A DNA stretch of 64,000 nucleotides, taken from contig CAWGKG010000011.1 in NCBI GenBank assembly GCA_963823035.1, positions 64,001-128,000 of the forward strand, in the 5' to 3' direction. Shown here piece after piece: positions 44,502 to 55,572 of the stretch. Below the pieces are notes generated by a model. It was not told where the DNA came from. It saw nothing but the letters and a program-made list of their open reading frames with translations, and did no database searches. The stretch's first letter is position 1. Each line of letters begins with the position of its first letter. A program made the translations under genes and the position numbers. Source of the DNA: an uncultured Gemmatimonadales bacterium (GTDB taxonomy: Bacteria > Gemmatimonadota > Gemmatimonadetes > Longimicrobiales > Gaopeijiaceae).

Positions 44502-45344
44502 ATGATCGTCGCCAGGTCGCGGGCCGAAGTGGAGGAGGCGCTGGCCGGGCTGCGGGCCCGCGGGGCCACCACGGCCCTCGTGCCCACGATGGGCTTCCTG
44601 CATCCGGGCCACCTCTCGCTCCTCGACCGGGCGGCGGAACTGGCGGACGAGGTGGTCGTCTCGATCTACGTGAACCCCCTCCAGTTCGGCCCGGGTGAGG
44701 ACGCGGCCGCCTATCCCCGGGACGAGGTGCGGGATCTGGAGCATCTGCGCGCGCGCGGCGCGGCACTCGTCTTCGCGCCCTCGGACGAGGTGATGTTCCC
44801 CGACGGCGAGCCCCAGGTCACGATCGCACCCGGCCCCCTCGCGCGCAGGCTCTGCGGTGCCTTTCTCCCGGGTCACTTCCGCGGCGTCCTGACCACGGTG
44901 GCGCGGCTCTTCGGCCTCCTCGGCCCGGACGTCGCCGTCTTCGGGCGCAAGGACTTCCAGCAGGCCGTGCTGGTCCAGCGCATGGTCCGCGACCTCGCGT
45001 TCGGTGTGCGCGTCGAGACCGCGCCGATCGTGCGCGAAGCCGACGGCCTCGCCATGAGCACGCGCAACGCCCAGCTGAGCCCCGAGGAGCGCCGAGATGC
45101 GCTCGGGCTCCACGAGGCGCTGGTGGAGGCCGGGCGCCACTTCGAGGGCGGCGAGCGCCGCGCGGACGCTCTCGTCGACGCCGCGCGGTCGGTCCTCGGG
45201 CGCCACCGGCTGCTGGACCTGCAGTACGCCGAGCTCGTGGATCCCGACTCGCTCGCGTCGGTGGAGACGGCGGCCCCCGGGTCGGTCCTCGCCCTCGCGG
45301 CGTACTGCGGGGCGACGCGCCTCACCGACAACGTGGAGCTATGA
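44502..45344 (+). CDS. panC: Pantoate--beta-alanine ligase
   Basis: VPTMGFLHPGH, VNPLQF, PGHFRGV, FGRKDFQQ, READGLAMSTRN. Confidence 0.94.
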   Translation: MIVARSRAEVEEALAGLRARGATTALVPTMGFLHPGHLSLLDRAAELADEVVVSIYVNPLQFGPGEDAAAYPRDEVRDLEHLRARGAALVFAPSDEVMFPDGEPQVTIAPGPLARRLCGAFLPGHFRGVLTTVARLFGLLGPDVAVFGRKDFQQAVLVQRMVRDLAFGVRVETAPIVREADGLAMSTRNAQLSPEERRDALGLHEALVEAGRHFEGGERRADALVDAARSVLGRHRLLDLQYAELVDPDSLASVETAAPGSVLALAAYCGATRLTDNVEL

Positions 45345-45919
45345 CGCTGCACCCGGTGGTCGAGCGTGCCGCCGCGGGAGAACTCCCTCCGTGGGCGGTC
45401 GCCTCGGAGGAGCGGCGCCGCCACATCGAGCGCGTGGCCACCCTGCTGGGCTCGTGGGCGGAGGAGCTCGCGCTCCCCGACGTCGAGCGCGCGAGATGGC
45501 GGGCGGTGGGCTACCTGCACGACGCGCTGCGCGACGCCCCTGCCGATACGATGCGCCCGCGGATGCCTCCCGCGCTGCGCGACCTCCCCGACCGGATCCT
45601 GCACGGCCCCGCGGCGGCGGAACGGCTGCGGTCCGACGGCGTCGCGGACGGCGAGCTGCTGCGGGCCGTGGCGTATCACACGCTCGGCCACGCGGCGCTG
45701 GGGACCCTGGGTCGGGCGCTCTACGCGGCGGACTTCCTGGAGCCGGGGCGGGACCTGCTCAACCCATGGCGGGCGGAGCTGCGCGCGCGCCTCCCCGGCG
45801 ACCTCCTCGCGGTCGTGCGCGAGGTGCTGGGGGCGCGCATCGTGCACCTCATCGAACGGAACGGACCCATCCGCGCCGAGACGATGGGGTTCTGGAACGC
45901 GCTCGCGGAGCAGGGGTGA
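45341..45919 (+). CDS. HD-domain hydrolase, YqeK-like (putative Ap4A hydrolase)
   Basis: H...LHD...LHG...YHTLG...ADFLEPGR pattern. Confidence 0.75.
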   Translation: MTLHPVVERAAAGELPPWAVASEERRRHIERVATLLGSWAEELALPDVERARWRAVGYLHDALRDAPADTMRPRMPPALRDLPDRILHGPAAAERLRSDGVADGELLRAVAYHTLGHAALGTLGRALYAADFLEPGRDLLNPWRAELRARLPGDLLAVVREVLGARIVHLIERNGPIRAETMGFWNALAEQG

Positions 45920-46416
45920 TGGGCGCGCGGATGCGCGGGCTCGCGGCGCTCGTCGTGGTCCTCGGCGTGGGGGTCCTCGCGGGCTCTGCCATCTCCCAGT
46001 GGCGCGGGCCTTCGGGACCGGTCGTTCCCGGCTCCTCCCTCCTGCCCACGCGTTCTTCCAAGCGTGTGCGCGTCGAGGTGCTGAACGGGGGCGGCCTCTC
46101 GGGCGCGGCACGAGAGGCCACCGAACAGCTTCGCGACCGGGGCTTCGACGTCGTGTTCTTCGGGAACGAGAACGCCGCCACCTTCGAGCGGGACTCCTCG
46201 GTGGTGCTCGACCGGGTGGGCGCCATGGATCCGGCGCGGGCCGTTGCGGACGCCCTCGGAATCCGTAACGTCCGGAGCGAGCCGGACTCGAACCTGTACC
46301 TCGACGTCTCCGTAGTGTTGGGTGCGGACTGGAAGCCCCCCACCCCGGAATCGGCGCCGGCGCACGATCCACCCCGCCGACCCTGGTGGGATCCGCGGGG
46401 ATGGCTCCATCGCTGA
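45919..46416 (+). CDS. Membrane-anchored LytR C-terminal domain protein
   Basis: One TM segment, then VEVLNGGGLSGAA...L...GF...GN...DVSVVLGAD. Confidence 0.8.
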   Translation: MGARMRGLAALVVVLGVGVLAGSAISQWRGPSGPVVPGSSLLPTRSSKRVRVEVLNGGGLSGAAREATEQLRDRGFDVVFFGNENAATFERDSSVVLDRVGAMDPARAVADALGIRNVRSEPDSNLYLDVSVVLGADWKPPTPESAPAHDPPRRPWWDPRGWLHR

Positions 46417-46464
46417 CGGCGACGGGCCGACCTCCCATCGAAAGAGCGACGCGACAGGAATGTC

Positions 46465-47215
46465 ATGAGCAAGCGAGCCAGCGGGAAGGAAGGGGAGACG
46501 AAGGGGGGCGCCGGCTCGGATGGCGCCGAGGAGCGCAAGCAGAACAGCGCCGTCGAGTGGACCAAGTCCATCCTCGTCGCCTTCGCCCTCTTCATCGTCC
46601 TGCGCACCTTCCTCGTCCAGACGTTCGTGATCACCTCCGGGTCGATGGAGGACACGCTTCTGGTCGGGGACATGCTGATGGTCAACCGCGCCGCGATCGG
46701 CACCGCAGATCCCCTTCACGTCGATCCGCATCCCGGGCTATTCGGAGCCCCACCGCCTCGACGTCCTCGTCTTCGATCCGCCCCACGAGGAGACGCTCAA
46801 GCTCGTGAAGCGGCTGATCGGCATGCCGGGCGACACGCTCCAGATGCGCGACCGGGTGCTCTACATCAACGGGGTCGCGCAGGACGAGCCCTACGTGAAG
46901 CACTCGGACTCGCCGGACGAGACGCACCCGTGGATGGAGTGGCAGCGCGACTATCTCGCACCCGGCGTGGATCGGCGGGCCTACGCCCCCACCCGCGACA
47001 ACTGGGGCCCCATCGTGATCCCGGAGGACCGGTACTTCATGATGGGCGACAACCGCGAGACCAGCCTGGACTCACGCTACTGGGGGCTCCTCGAGGGCTG
47101 GCGGCTGGAGGGGCGTGCGGTCTTCATCTACTTCTCCTACAACAAGGAGTCGTACCGCCCCTTCCCGTGGCTGCGGGAGATCCGCTGGGGACGGGTGGCG
47201 CACGGCATCCACTAG
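46465..47215 (+). CDS. lepB: Signal peptidase I (+1 frameshift near 46705)
   Basis: [37 protein letters not shown]. Confidence 0.93.
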
Positions 47216-47245
47216 TCGGCGGTCGGCGCTGGCCGACGCCGAGCT

Positions 47246-48355
47246 TCAAACGTCCGCGAAGGACGGGTCGGGCGACGCGGCGGCGCCGGTCCCCGATCTG
47301 CGCGAGGGCGTGCGCCCGCAGCTGGCCACAGGCGGCGTCGATGTCGCGCCCCCGGGTCTCGCGCACCGCCACCGACACGCCGCGCTCCTCCAGCACGTAC
47401 GCGAAGGCCTGGATCCGGTCCCTGCTGCGACGGTCGCCAGTCCTGCCAGGGGATCGGGTTGTACGGGATGAGGTTCACGAACGCCCCCACCTCGGAGGCG
47501 ATCCCCGCCAGGGTGGGCGCGAGCGACAGGTCGTCGTTCACCCCGTGGATCATCGTGTACTCGAAGGTGATGCGCTTCCCGCCGGCCGCGTCGAAGCGGC
47601 GCAGCGCCTCCAGGACCTCTCCGAGCGGATAGCGCTTCTCGAGCGGGATCAGCGTACGCCGCAGCTCGGGATCGGGGGCGTGCAGGGAGAGCGCGAGGCG
47701 GAACTGCTCCTCGCGCTCGGCGAGCTCGAGGATGCCCGGGACCACACCCACCGTGGACACGGTGATGCGCCGCGCGCCGACGCCGTAGCCGTGGTTGAGA
47801 AGCGTGAGCGAGGCGTGCACGGCCGGCCGGTTGGCGAGCGGCTCGCCCATCCCCATGTACACGATGTTGCTGATCGCGCCGTGGTCGTTCGCCTCGGCCC
47901 AACGCCGCGATGCCCGGTACTGCCCGACGATCTCGCCGGCCGAGAGCTGGCGGTCGAAGCCACCCCAGCCCGTCGCGCAGAACGTGCATCCCATGGCGCA
48001 CCCCGCCTGCGAGGAGATGCACAGCGTGAGGCGCCGGTCGGTCGGGATGAGCACCGATTCGACCAGGTGCCCGTCGGCCAGGCGCCAGAGGTGCTTGACC
48101 GTGCCGTCCGTGCTCACGGACACACGGTCCTCGGTCGGGTCGTCCAGCCGGAAGGCCTCGGCGAGCGCCGCCCGCTCCTCGACGGGGAGGTCGGTCATCT
48201 CGTCCGTGGAGCGCGCCAGGCCCTCGAAGATCCAGCGCTCCACCTGCTTGGCGCGGTAGGCCGGCTGGCCCCGCTCCTCGAAGTGCATGGGCGAGCGTCC
48301 GGCGCAGCGAATCGGGCTCGAGCGAGAGGAGATCGGGAAGGGTGGGCTGGGCCAT
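47246..48355 (-). CDS. rlmN: 23S rRNA m2A2503 methyltransferase RlmN (three +1 shifts; 3' end approximate)
   Basis: [28 protein letters not shown], and [11 protein letters not shown] in the shifted frame. Confidence 0.9.
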   Translation of the reverse strand: MAQPTLPDLLSLEPDSLRRTLAHALRGAGPAGLPRQAGGALDLRGPGALHGRDDRPPRRGAGGARRGLPAGRPDRGPCVREHGRHGQAPLAPGRRAPGRIGAHPDRPAPHAVHLLAGGVRHGMHVLRDGLGWLRPPALGRRDRRAVPGIAALGRGERPRRDQQHRVHGDGRAARQPAGRARLAHASQPRLRRRRAAHHRVHGGCGPGHPRARRARGAVPPRALPARPRSRAAAYADPAREALSARRGPGGAAPLRRGRREAHHLRVHDDPRGERRPVARAHPGGDRLRGGGVREPHPVQPDPLAGLATVAAGTGSRPSRTCWRSAACRWRCARPGGATSTPPVASCGRTPSRRSGTGAAASPDPSFADV

Positions 48356-48524
48356 CGGGTTTCTTGAACGGGGTTTCCGCGAAGCTTAGGTTGTCGGCCC
48401 GCCCAGCTACCCGGTCAGGCTCCTCGGGGTCCTCCCGGGGTATGGCCTTCCCGGTGTTTCCGAACGCCGTCGGCGCTCCGTCGGGGGCGCACGTACCCAT
48501 CGAGCCATCCCGGGACCACAGCGC

Positions 48525-50312
48525 ATGCACGAGCACGAGAACGAGCACACCGCGACCCGCACCCGCATGGTCGGAGGGATCACCGCCCGGGACGTCGGCG
48601 AGACGCTTCGCCTCTCCGGGTGGGTCCACCGGCGCAGGGACCTGGGGGGCCTGCTCTTCGTCGACCTCCGTGACCGGAGCGGCCTCCTGCAGGTCTCCTT
48701 CGGGCCCGACTGGACCGCGGAGGATGGACTCGAGCTGTCCGGCGACCTGGGTGCCGAGGACGTGATCGCCGTGGAGGGCCGCGTCGAGATGCGTCCCGAC
48801 CCGAACCCGCAGATGCCGACGGGCGAGGTGGAGCTGCGCGCGGTCCGTATCGAGCGGCTGTCGTCCGCGAAGACGCCGGCCATCCCCGTGTATCGATCGC
48901 CGGAAGAGGAGTTGCCCTCCGAGGAGCTGCGCCTGCGCCACCGTGTGCTGGACCTGCGCCGCCCGGAGCTGCAGCGGGCGCTCACGCTGCGTCACAGGCT
49001 GCTGCTGGCGGCCCGCAACACCATGGACGGCATGGGCTTCGTCGAGGTGGAGACGCCGATCCTGACCAAGCCGACGCCGGAAGGCGCCCGCGACTACCTC
49101 GTGCCCAGCCGCGTGCACCACGGCGAGTTCTACGCGCTCCCGCAGAGCCCCCAGATCTACAAGCAGATCCTCATGGTGGCCGGCTTCGACCGCTACTTCC
49201 AGATCGCGCGCTGCTTCCGCGACGAGGACCTGCGTGCCGACCGTCAGCCGGAGTTCACGCAGATCGACATCGAGGCGTCGTTCATCTCCCCGGAGGACAT
49301 CTTCCGCTGGGTGGAGAGGCTCACGGCCGCGATGGCCGCCGTGGCCGAGGTGGACGCCCCGGTCCCCTTCCCACGCATGACGTGGGCGGAGGCGATGGAC
49401 CGTTACGGCTCCGACCGGCCGGACCTGCGCTACGGGCTCGAGATCCACGACTGGACGGCGGCCACCGCGGACGTCGACTTCCGCATCCTCCGCTCCGCCG
49501 TGGAGGCGGGAGGGCGGGTACGCGGGATCGTGGTGCCCGGCGGCGCGCGCCTGTCACGCAAGGAGATCGAGGCGGTGGAGGCCGAGGCCAAGGCGGCCGG
49601 AGCGCCCGGTCTGGCGTGGGCCAAGCGCACCGAGGAGGGTGCGTCCGGCCCGCTGGGCAGGTTCCTGGACGCCGACCACCTCGACGCGATGGGCGTGTCC
49701 GCGGGGGACCTGGTGCTCGCGGCGGCCGGTCCGGACCGCGTCACCTCGCCGGCGCTCGCCGCGACCCGCGCGGCCACGGCCCGCATCGCGAACTTCGAGC
49801 ACGAGCGGAAGCACGCGTGGTTGTGGGTCACGGACTTCCCGCTCTTCGAGGAGGAGGGAGGCGGACGGCTGGCCCCCGGCCACCACCCCTTCGTCATGCC
49901 GCACCCCGACGACATGGGCGCGCTGGACACCGAGCCGGCGACGGTGCGCGGGCAGGCCTACGACCTCGTGTACAACGGCACGGAGTTCGGCTCGGGGAGC
50001 CTGCGTATCCACGACCCGGAGCTGCAGCGGCGGATCCTGCGCCTGCTGGGCTTCGAGGACGCGGAGATCGACCGCCGGTTCGGCTTCCTCCTCGAGGCGC
50101 TCTCGGCCGGGGCGCCGCCCCACGGCGGCATCGCGCTCGGGGTGGACCGCATGGTCCAGCGCTTCGTGGGGGCGGGGAGCCTGCGGGACGTGATCGCCTT
50201 CCCGAAGACGACCGCGGCGCGCGCGCTCTTCGAGGGCTCGCCGAGCCCCGTCGTGGACGACGATCTCCGCGAGCTGGGGCTGCGGCTGGTGGTCGCGGAA
50301 GGCTCCCGGTAG
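48525..50312 (+). CDS. aspS: Aspartate--tRNA ligase
   Basis: RRDLGG, TPEGARDY, LPQSPQ, FRDEDLRADRQPEFTQ, GAD insert, PPHGGIALGVDR. Confidence 0.96.
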   Translation: MHEHENEHTATRTRMVGGITARDVGETLRLSGWVHRRRDLGGLLFVDLRDRSGLLQVSFGPDWTAEDGLELSGDLGAEDVIAVEGRVEMRPDPNPQMPTGEVELRAVRIERLSSAKTPAIPVYRSPEEELPSEELRLRHRVLDLRRPELQRALTLRHRLLLAARNTMDGMGFVEVETPILTKPTPEGARDYLVPSRVHHGEFYALPQSPQIYKQILMVAGFDRYFQIARCFRDEDLRADRQPEFTQIDIEASFISPEDIFRWVERLTAAMAAVAEVDAPVPFPRMTWAEAMDRYGSDRPDLRYGLEIHDWTAATADVDFRILRSAVEAGGRVRGIVVPGGARLSRKEIEAVEAEAKAAGAPGLAWAKRTEEGASGPLGRFLDADHLDAMGVSAGDLVLAAAGPDRVTSPALAATRAATARIANFEHERKHAWLWVTDFPLFEEEGGGRLAPGHHPFVMPHPDDMGALDTEPATVRGQAYDLVYNGTEFGSGSLRIHDPELQRRILRLLGFEDAEIDRRFGFLLEALSAGAPPHGGIALGVDRMVQRFVGAGSLRDVIAFPKTTAARALFEGSPSPVVDDDLRELGLRLVVAEGSR

Positions 50313-50322
50313 GATTAGCGTC

Positions 50323-51334
<1,012 letters not shown>

Positions 51335-51338
<4 letters not shown>

Positions 51339-53616
51339 GCCGTTCCGACCGCGGTCCAGGGGGGGAGTCCGTGCTCCGGCGTCTCTCCGGGGAGCCCGGT
51401 CCTTCGGCGGGTGCCCGCATCGCCCACCATGGCGCGCGGCTGGCGCTCCTCGTGGGACTGGCCGTCCTCATCACGGCGCTCTTCCCGCCGACCGCGCGCC
51501 TCGCCGTCGGGCGCTACGAGGTCGGGATGGTGGCCCCGGAGGACGTGATCGCGCGCATCCCCTTCAGCGTCCCGAAGGCCCCCGAGGAGCTGGCCCAGGA
51601 AAAGCAGCTCGCGATGGGGTCCGTGCCGCCCACCTTCGACTTCGTCGCGGGCGCGGCCGACACCATGGCCGCGCACCTGCGGACCTTCTTCGACCGGATC
51701 GACTCGGCCGTCGCGGCCGGGAGCCGGGCGGGCGTCGAACAGGTCCTGCGCGGGACCTCGCTGGTCGCCACGGCCTCCCAGGTGGACGCGCTCATGAACG
51801 ACGCTACCCGCAGGATGCTGCGGCGGGTGGCGGTCGGCGCGGCCACGGAGCTCGTGCCGCGGGGCGTCGTCGACGCCGGCCAGGCCGCGGACGTGTCCAC
51901 GCCGTCGATCACGGTGCGGCAGGGAGAGACCGAGCGGTCCATACCCGCTCGCGAGGTCTTCACGCAGCGCGAGTTCTTCGAGCAGGCGCTCGGCCTCCTG
52001 CCGGCAGACACGCCGCCCGACATGAAGAACCTCCTGCGCCTGATCCTCATCCGGCACATCGAGTTCAGCTACGTGCTGAACGTGGTGGCCACCGAGCTGG
52101 ACCGGGACGCGGCGGCCCGTTCGGTGCCGACCATGAAGGACAGCGTCCTGCAGGGCCAGGCGATCGTGCGCGCCGCCGACCCGATCGGGCCGGCGGCAGC
52201 TGGAGCGCCTGAACGCCTACGAGGAGCAGTTGCGCCTGCAGGGGCTGCTCGAGGGGCGGGGGCTGCGCCCGGGGCCGGTCTTCGGCGCCTGGCTCGTCAA
52301 CACGCTCCTGCTCCTGCTCTACGGGCTCTTCGTCTTCTTCAGGACGGAGGTGTACGCGCAGTTCCGCTGGCTCCTCCTGCAGGCGCTGCTCATCGGCGTC
52401 TACTTCGGGGCCGCGGCGGCGATCTCCCGGAACGCGCTTGCGCCCGAGTGGCTGCCGATCGCCTTCATCGCCCTTCCGGTCGGCGTCCTGTGGGACGCGC
52501 GCTTGGCGCTCTTCATGGTGTTCGTGGTCGCGCTGATCACGGGCACGCTTGCCCCGTTCAGCGACGACGGCACCATGCTCGTGGTCGCCGTCGGCGGCGC
52601 GGCCGCGGCCCTCAGCGTACGCGCGGTCCGGCGCCGGTCGGAGACGTGGGTGTCGATCGCGATCATCGCGGTCGCGACGGGGCTCGTGCTGGTCGGACAT
52701 GGACTCGCCACCGGCCACGCCGCGGGGGAGATCGCACGGGCCAGCCTGTACGCGGCCGGGAACGCCACGGTGTCCGCGCTCCTGGCCATGGGCTTCCTGT
52801 GGGTGTTCGAGCTGTTCACGGGCATCACGACCGACCAGACGCTGCTGGAGTGGGCCGACCCGACCCGGCCCGCTCCTCAAGCGGCTCTCGCTGGAGGCCC
52901 CGGGCACCTACGCCCATACGATCAACGTCGCGAACCTCTCGGAAGCGGCGTGCAACGCAATCGGCGCGAACGGGCTGCTCTGCCGGGTGGGTGTCTACTA
53001 CCACGACGTGGGCAAGATGCTCAAGCCGCACTACTTCGTGGAGAACCAGCCCGACGGGCGCAATCCGCACGACAAGCTGAAGCCCGAAACGTCCGCGGCG
53101 ATCGTGCGGGAGCACGTGACCGAGGGCGCGCGCCTCGCGCGCGACGCGAAGGTGCCGGACGTGGTGGTACGCTTCATCCTCGAGCACCACGGCACACAGC
53201 GCATCGGCTTCTTCTACGAGAAGGCCCAGGAGGAGAGCGAGGAGGAGCTCGACGTCGACCGCTTCTCCTACCCCGGGCCGAAGCCGCAGTCGCGTGAGAC
53301 CGCGATCGTCATGCTGGCGGATTCCTGCGAGTCCGCCACGCGGGCCATGAAGGACCCCACGCCCGAGCGCGTGCACGACCTGATCCACACGATCTCGCAG
53401 GGCAAGATCGACATCGGGCAGCTCGACGAGGCGCCCCTGACGCTGCGCGAGATCGCCGTCATCGAGGAGCAGTTCACGAAGATCCTCGCCGGCGTGCTGC
53501 ACCGCCGCATCGAGTATCCGGCCACCAAGCACCTCACGGACGCTCCGCACGACGTCCCAACTGAGGACGAGGCGCCCGACGCCGACGTGGTCGCGCCGGG
53601 CGACGGGGAGGCGTGA
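51335..53616 (+). CDS. 7TM-HDIG metal-dependent phosphohydrolase, PgpH-like (+1 frameshifts near 52190 and 52872)
   Basis: N-terminal TM, extracytoplasmic domain, multiple TMs, then APGTYAH, YYHDVGK, FVENQ, EHHGT, YPGPKP, MLADSCE. Confidence 0.88.
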
Positions 53617-54054
53617 GCCCGGCGACGGGCGTGGAGGTGCTGGTGAGTCTCGGCGCCTTCCGCGGCGTGACCGTCGCCTTGCTCGAGCGCGCCGTCCGAG
53701 CCGTCTTGGAGGATGCGGACGTAGCGCGGGCGGAGATCTCGCTCACGCTCCTCGGCGACGACGCGATCCGGGAGCTCAACCGGCGCTACCTCGGGAAGGA
53801 CCGGCCCACCGACGTGCTCGCCTTCTCCCTGGGGACGGGCGTCCATCCGATCGGCGACGTCTACGTGGGGGTGGAGCAGGCGCGCCGCCAGGCCCGAGAG
53901 CTCGACGTGCCCGCGAAGGAGGAGATCGTGCGTCTGGCGATCCACGGAACGCTCCACGTCCTCGGCCACGACCACCCCGAGGGGGCGCGCGCGCCTGGAC
54001 AGCCCCATGTTCACGCTCCAGGAGGGGCTCGTCGCGCGCGTGCTGGGCCGCTGA
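53613..54054 (+). CDS. ybeY: rRNA maturation endoribonuclease YbeY (+1 frameshift near 53988)
   Basis: ELNRRYLGKDRPTDVLAF, GDVYV, HGTLHVLGHDH. Confidence 0.92.
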
Positions 54055-54210
54055 CCGGAGCCGGCGTGCCCGCCGCCGGTTGGTGGCACCGGCTACCTTG
54101 CCACCCCGTCACGGCGGGAGGATCTTCCGGAGTCGCGTCGCGCCGCCCCACTCGTGCGCGGCGGTCTCTCGACACGGACGGCGTTCCCTCCACTCGGTGA
54201 AACCTCCCCG

Positions 54211-55572
54211 ATGAGCACTCCCACCGACGACATCGACAAGGTCCAGGAGCGCCTGGCCCGGCTGGTGGCGTCCGGAGACGTGCGCGCCCTCGAGGAGGCC
54301 GTGGGGGAGCTGCACCCTTCGGACATCGCCGACCTGGTGGAGGGGCTGGAGGAGGAGCACCAGATCCTGCTCCTGTCGGCCCTGCCCAAGGAGCTCGCGT
54401 CCGAAGCCCTCGCGGAGATGGAGGGCGGCGAGGAGCGCGGCGAGCTCCTGGCCGCGATGCACCCGGCGAAGGGCGCCGAGCTGCTCCAGGAGTTGGCGGA
54501 CGACGACGCCGTCGACCTGATCGCCGAGCTGGAGCCGGAGGAGCGCCAACGCATCCTGGACGCCCTCCCGGTGGAGGACGCCGGCGAGCTTCGGGGCCTT
54601 CTCCTCTACGACGAGGAGAGCGCGGGTGGCCTGATGACCACCGAGCTCGTGTCGGTGGAGGTGTCCCTGACGGCGTCCGCGGCGCTCGACGAGGTGCGCG
54701 CGAAGGGGCGCGAGGTCGAGGACTTCTACACCGTCTTCGTGGTGGACGAGCGCGACCGGTTGGTGGGCACGGTGCGGCTCGACGACCTGGTCACCGCAGA
54801 GCCGGACGAGGCGATCGAGGCGTTGGTGGAGCCCCCGGTCGCGTCCGTCCTACCGAGCGTCGACCAGGAGGAGGTCGGGCGGCTGATCTCCCGCTACAAC
54901 CTCGCTTCGATCCCCGTCGTGAACGAGTTCGGCGTCCTCCTCGGCCGGATCACCTTCGACGACGTCATCGACGTGATGGAGGCCGAGCAGACGGAGGACA
55001 TCTTCCGGCTGGCCGGCGTCGGTGGCGACGAGGAGGCGGTCCGCTACACCTGGCACGAGTCGGTGCGGGCACGCCTTCCCTGGCTGCTCGTGAACCTGCT
55101 CACGGCCACGCTCTCGGCGACGGTGGTCCTGCTCTTCGCGGGGACGATCGAGCACGTGGTCATCCTCGCGGCCGTGATGGGGATGGTCGCGGGCATGGGC
55201 GGCAACGCCGGTACCCAGGCCCTCGCCGTCACGGTGCGCAGCATCGCGATCGAGCGAGGCACGGGGCGGGCGCACGGCCTCGTGGTCGGGAGGGAGCTGC
55301 TCATCGGTCTGGTGAACGGTGCCGTGCTCGGCGGCATCGTGGCGCTGGCCGCCTTCCTGCTCGACGGGGACCCGAAGCTGGGGCTCGTGGTCTTCCTCGC
55401 GATGTGGGGGAACCAGATCGTCGCCAGCTTCGTGGGTTCCTTCGTGCCGACCGTGCTCGACCGGCTGGGCATCGATCCAGCCGTCGCCTCTTCGGTGTTC
55501 GTGACGGCCTGCACGGACCTGTGCGGCTTCCTCTTCCTGCTGGGTCTCGCGACCAAGCTGCTGATGCCGTGA
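54211..55572 (+). CDS. mgtE: Magnesium transporter MgtE
   Basis: Acidic N domain, AGGLMT plus CBS pair, RLPWL, GGNAGTQ, DPAVAS..VT..TD. Confidence 0.95.
   Translation: MSTPTDDIDKVQERLARLVASGDVRALEEAVGELHPSDIADLVEGLEEEHQILLLSALPKELASEALAEMEGGEERGELLAAMHPAKGAELLQELADDDAVDLIAELEPEERQRILDALPVEDAGELRGLLLYDEESAGGLMTTELVSVEVSLTASAALDEVRAKGREVEDFYTVFVVDERDRLVGTVRLDDLVTAEPDEAIEALVEPPVASVLPSVDQEEVGRLISRYNLASIPVVNEFGVLLGRITFDDVIDVMEAEQTEDIFRLAGVGGDEEAVRYTWHESVRARLPWLLVNLLTATLSATVVLLFAGTIEHVVILAAVMGMVAGMGGNAGTQALAVTVRSIAIERGTGRAHGLVVGRELLIGLVNGAVLGGIVALAAFLLDGDPKLGLVVFLAMWGNQIVASFVGSFVPTVLDRLGIDPAVASSVFVTACTDLCGFLFLLGLATKLLMP

Noticed and set aside
48525..50312. Non-discriminating AspRS
   Set aside because: The anticodon domain has RRDLGG rather than RRDHGG and asnS is present, so the discriminating type is more likely. 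Not tested.
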